A program made the position numbers and the translations under genes. A stretch of DNA of 37,562 nt from Octopus bimaculoides (taxonomy: Eukaryota): positions 92,926,640 to 92,964,201 of the forward strand of contig NC_068989.1 in the NCBI RefSeq assembly GCF_001194135.2, read 5' to 3'. Numbering within the stretch: the stretch's first letter is position 1; each line of letters starts with the position of its first letter. Positions 34,314 through 37,562 of this stretch are shown piece by piece. The notes under the pieces are model-generated. The model had not been told where the DNA came from and made no database searches. It was given only the letters and a program-made list of their open reading frames with translations.

Positions 34314-34582
34314 TCGCCATGCTTCAGACATAGTGTAAAGGATTTACATAACTGACGACGTTCATTGTTTTTTTCTTTTTCTTAACGTTACGCTCTCTTT
34401 TGAGTAAAAGTACTCAATGGATCTCTATCGTTTTGCGACGATGACTAGTTGAATTATCTGCTCAGTGAAGTAGTATTTAATTGGTTGGTTATTCTACGAA
34501 CGTGTTCTCTTAGCAGAATTCTCGGCCAAAATATACAGTGTGGGATGAGATTGAACGTTAAACTTAGCGTTACAATCCATTC

Positions 34583-34745
34583 GGTGAGCAGGCAGAAACG
34601 TTAGCACGTCGGACAAAATGCCTAACCGCATTTCCTCCGGCTCTTTACGGTCACAGTTCCTATCTCGTAGAGGCTAACTTTGTCTTCAGTAAAATAAAGT
34701 GTTAGACAAGTAATCAACTTGTCGAACTTACTGGTCTTGAACCCT
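34583..34745 (+). mobile_element. SINE family A, degenerate
   Basis: cggtgagc.ggcagaaacgttagcacgtcggacaaaatgcctaa.cgcattt. Confidence 0.7.
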
Positions 34746-35039
34746 TCAATTGTCTGGCGTCGCGTTCTAGGGAAATTTTTAAACGACATAGAGATTGGGT
34801 TAAACCGCCTTTTGAGTAATAAGGTTCAAAAAGCCTGATAATAAAACAAACGATCCATTCGAAGGATTCCTAACCGTTTCCATCGACTAAATTTCATTTA
34901 CAAAACTCGAGTCAACAGAAGAAAATTCATAGAAGACGCTTGTCCAATATATCACACATCGATATCGAACCCGTGTACATCTTAAACACTCTTTCCGCTG
35001 TGCCAACTACCACCACCAACACACACACACACACCATCA

Positions 35040-35093
35040 CCACAACCACCGCAATGAACACTGCTGCTGCTGCTGCTGCTACTACTACTACTA

Positions 35094-35147
<54 letters not shown>

Positions 35148-35150
35148 TTA
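35040..35150. repeat. (GCT)n/(ACT)n compound microsatellite
   Basis: Direct reading. Confidence 0.9.
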
Positions 35151-35337
35151 CCAACCCCATTGCTATTGTTGCTGCTGTTGCTACTGATGATGCTAATATT
35201 GTAAATGAAATATGGCTAGCAGCAATTTCTTATTAGATTCTGTCAAACCCACCTGACATTTTTCCGTTGTGCTTTTGAGTTCAAATACCAGCACCCCCAC
35301 CCCACCACTACTATCGCCACTACCATCATCGAATCTC

Positions 35338-35356
35338 AATAATAATAATAATAATG

Positions 35357-35442
<86 letters not shown>
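35338..35442. repeat. (AAT)n microsatellite upstream of the gap and Dong-like LINE
   Basis: Direct reading. Confidence 0.97.
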
Positions 35443-36267
35443 NNNNNNNNNNNNNNNNNNNNNNNNNNNNNNNNNNNNNNNNNNNNNNNNNNNNNNNNNN
35501 NNNNNNNNNNNNNNNNNNNNNNNNNNNNNNNNNNNNNNNNNNNNNNNNNNNNNNNNNNNNNNNNNNNNNNNNNNNNNNNNNNNNNNNNNNNNNNNNNNNN
35601 NNNNNNNNNNNNNNNNNNNNNNNNNNNNNNNNNNNNNNNNNNNNNNNNNNNNNNNNNNNNNNNNNNNNNNNNNNNNNNNNNNNNNNNNNNNNNNNNNNNN
35701 NNNNNNNNNNNNNNNNNNNNNNNNNNNNNNNNNNNNNNNNNNNNNNNNNNNNNNNNNNNNNNNNNNNNNNNNNNNNNNNNNNNNNNNNNNNNNNNNNNNN
35801 NNNNNNNNNNNNNNNNNNNNNNNNNNNNNNNNNNNNNNNNNNNNNNNNNNNNNNNNNNNNNNNNNNNNNNNNNNNNNNNNNNNNNNNNNNNNNNNNNNNN
35901 NNNNNNNNNNNNNNNNNNNNNNNNNNNNNNNNNNNNNNNNNNNNNNNNNNNNNNNNNNNNNNNNNNNNNNNNNNNNNNNNNNNNNNNNNNNNNNNNNNNN
36001 NNNNNNNNNNNNNNNNNNNNNNNNNNNNNNNNNNNNNNNNNNNNNNNNNNNNNNNNNNNNNNNNNNNNNNNNNNNNNNNNNNNNNNNNNNNNNNNNNNNN
36101 NNNNNNNNNNNNNNNNNNNNNNNNNNNNNNNNNNNNNNNNNNNNNNNNNNNNNNNNNNNNNNNNNNNNNNNNNNNNNNNNNNNNNNNNNNNNNNNNNNNN
36201 NNNNNNNNNNNNNNNNNNNNNNNNNNNNNNNNNNNNNNNNNNNNNNNNNNNNNNNNNNNNNNNNNNN

Positions 36268-36570
36268 CAAAGACCTGGAAATAGAGATAACTCGAATGTG
36301 GAATCTAAAAACAGAAACAATTCCTATCATAGTAGGTGCCTTAGGTATAATAAAAAAATATTCAGACAAATACATAACAAAAATACCAGGACTTACAAAT
36401 ATATATAACATACAGAAAATTGCACTACTGGGTACTGCACACATTCTACGCAAAACACTTTCAATACAGTAAACATAAGAGCACCACAGCAAACCACAGC
36501 ACATACTCAAGGCGCACAGAGCTGCGCTCGGTAGTGAAGTGAAAGCACGTTATAAAAATAAAACTACTGA
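36268..36570 (+). mobile_element. R4/Dong-like non-LTR retrotransposon 3' end (5' part probably in gap)
   Basis: 36269-36472 reads KDLEIEITRMWNLKTETIPIIVGALGIIKKYSDKYITKIPGLTNIYNIQKIALLGTAHILRKTLSIQ* with no disablements, then about 100 bp of 3' UTR and (AAT)n. Confidence 0.85.
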
Positions 36571-37444
36571 ATAATAATAATAATAAATATAAACGTTGAC
36601 TCTTTGGCTGGTTGGTTAATTTCTGTAATCACACTTTACATTGTATAGAAAGATGGGGAGAGAGGGGGGAGTGAGACAGAGGGACACAGAGAGAGGGGGG
36701 AGTGAGACAGAGGGACACAGAGAGAGATATTAAAAGCAACACAGAGGGAGTTGAGTGGTGCATGATGATGAGTGCACACACTAGGCTTGGTGGCTGGCAA
36801 TAAGTAAACAACGTTTCAGATACACACTGTGAGAGAGAAAGAATCAAGAAGAAAGAGGAGGAGGTGGTGGTGGCGGAGTAGACGAGAGAATAGTTATGAG
36901 CGAAGTTATATTGAACTGAATGGTGCATAAATACGTACATACATTCAGACATGTGAAAGAAAGGATGTGAGATGTTATGTGTAACGTACGAACATTCTAA
37001 AAAATTCTAAATGGCACATATGAATATAACGTATATAACTTGATATGCACATTTTGGTGGGAAGATACAATTTCGCTTTATTTCATAACTTTTTGCCATC
37101 AATATTGTACAACAATTGCCATCTAAGTTGTAAGTAATTTACAAAATTTCAGTTAACGGATTTTACTACAGTTATCTGCCTTGCCTCTTTACTTTTTACT
37201 GAAGACTCTTCCGAAAAGAGTGGGGCTGCCACGTCGAAAACGGTAAAGGATGAGGGGCCAAAACTGGACGTGGTTCCTCCTGATGATGCCTTTGGCTGCT
37301 GGATCCTATAAAGGAGCTGTTGAGGTAGCGAATCATGAAATGTGGTTGGAATTCCTTTGCCTTGCAGTTTTTGCAGCATTCATATCCCTACAAGACGCTT
37401 TTATCCATTTACCTGGATTGTCTCAAATGGCCGATGTTTTCTTT

Positions 37445-37468
37445 ACATCATCATCATCATCATCAACT

Positions 37469-37527
<59 letters not shown>

Positions 37528-37529
37528 TG

Positions 37530-37561
<32 letters not shown>

Positions 37562-37562
37562 G
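37445..37562. repeat. Compound trinucleotide microsatellite (CAT)(AGT)(TGT)(GGT)
   Basis: Direct reading. Confidence 0.95.

Noticed and set aside
4723-36510. Numerous long ORF-track entries (poly-L/I/N/P/H/V, CV/HT/YI/SL dipeptides, X-runs)
   Set aside because: They are translations of microsatellites and N-gaps; no real coding signal.
36661-36722. 31-bp unit repeated twice
   Set aside because: GA-rich slippage duplication; two units with no spacers, so not CRISPR-like.
1-37562. CRISPR arrays, rRNA, prokaryotic operons
   Set aside because: None present; the sequence is eukaryotic repeat-rich DNA.

Overview
Eukaryotic, AT-rich, repeat-saturated draft-genome DNA with 14 N-gaps (about 3.5 kb of N). 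The SINE/microsatellite landscape resembles what I recall of Octopus-type cephalopod genomes (inference, not verified). I find no host protein-coding gene, rRNA, true tRNA gene or CRISPR array that I can support. Almost all ORF-track entries are microsatellite or N-gap artefacts. What can be supported: three tRNA-derived SINE families (my labels A, B, D; about 25 copies or fragments); two R4/Dong-like LINE 3' ends sitting in (AAT)n tracts; two CR1/L2-like LINE 3' fragments; mariner remnants; a probable Tx1-like remnant; and many microsatellites. The most interesting signal is a Penelope-like element (PLE) family in three TSD-bounded copies (6588-6972, 8071-8397, 30688-30929). Together they reconstruct: GIY-YIG endonuclease C-terminus, stop, tRNA-like Pol III A/B-box cassette, (AAT)n, minimal type-I hammerhead ribozyme (CUGAUGA-A, stem II, GAAAC-GUU with palindromic stem III), fixed 3' end. 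Each copy also carries an inverted copy of that 3' end. A second, unrelated hammerhead-bearing repeat lies at 5706-5740 (-), and a third repeat family carries hammerhead-like motifs in permuted order. Hammerheads and inverted termini in PLEs are established. Whether the tRNA-cassette plus hammerhead combination is already described I cannot check here.
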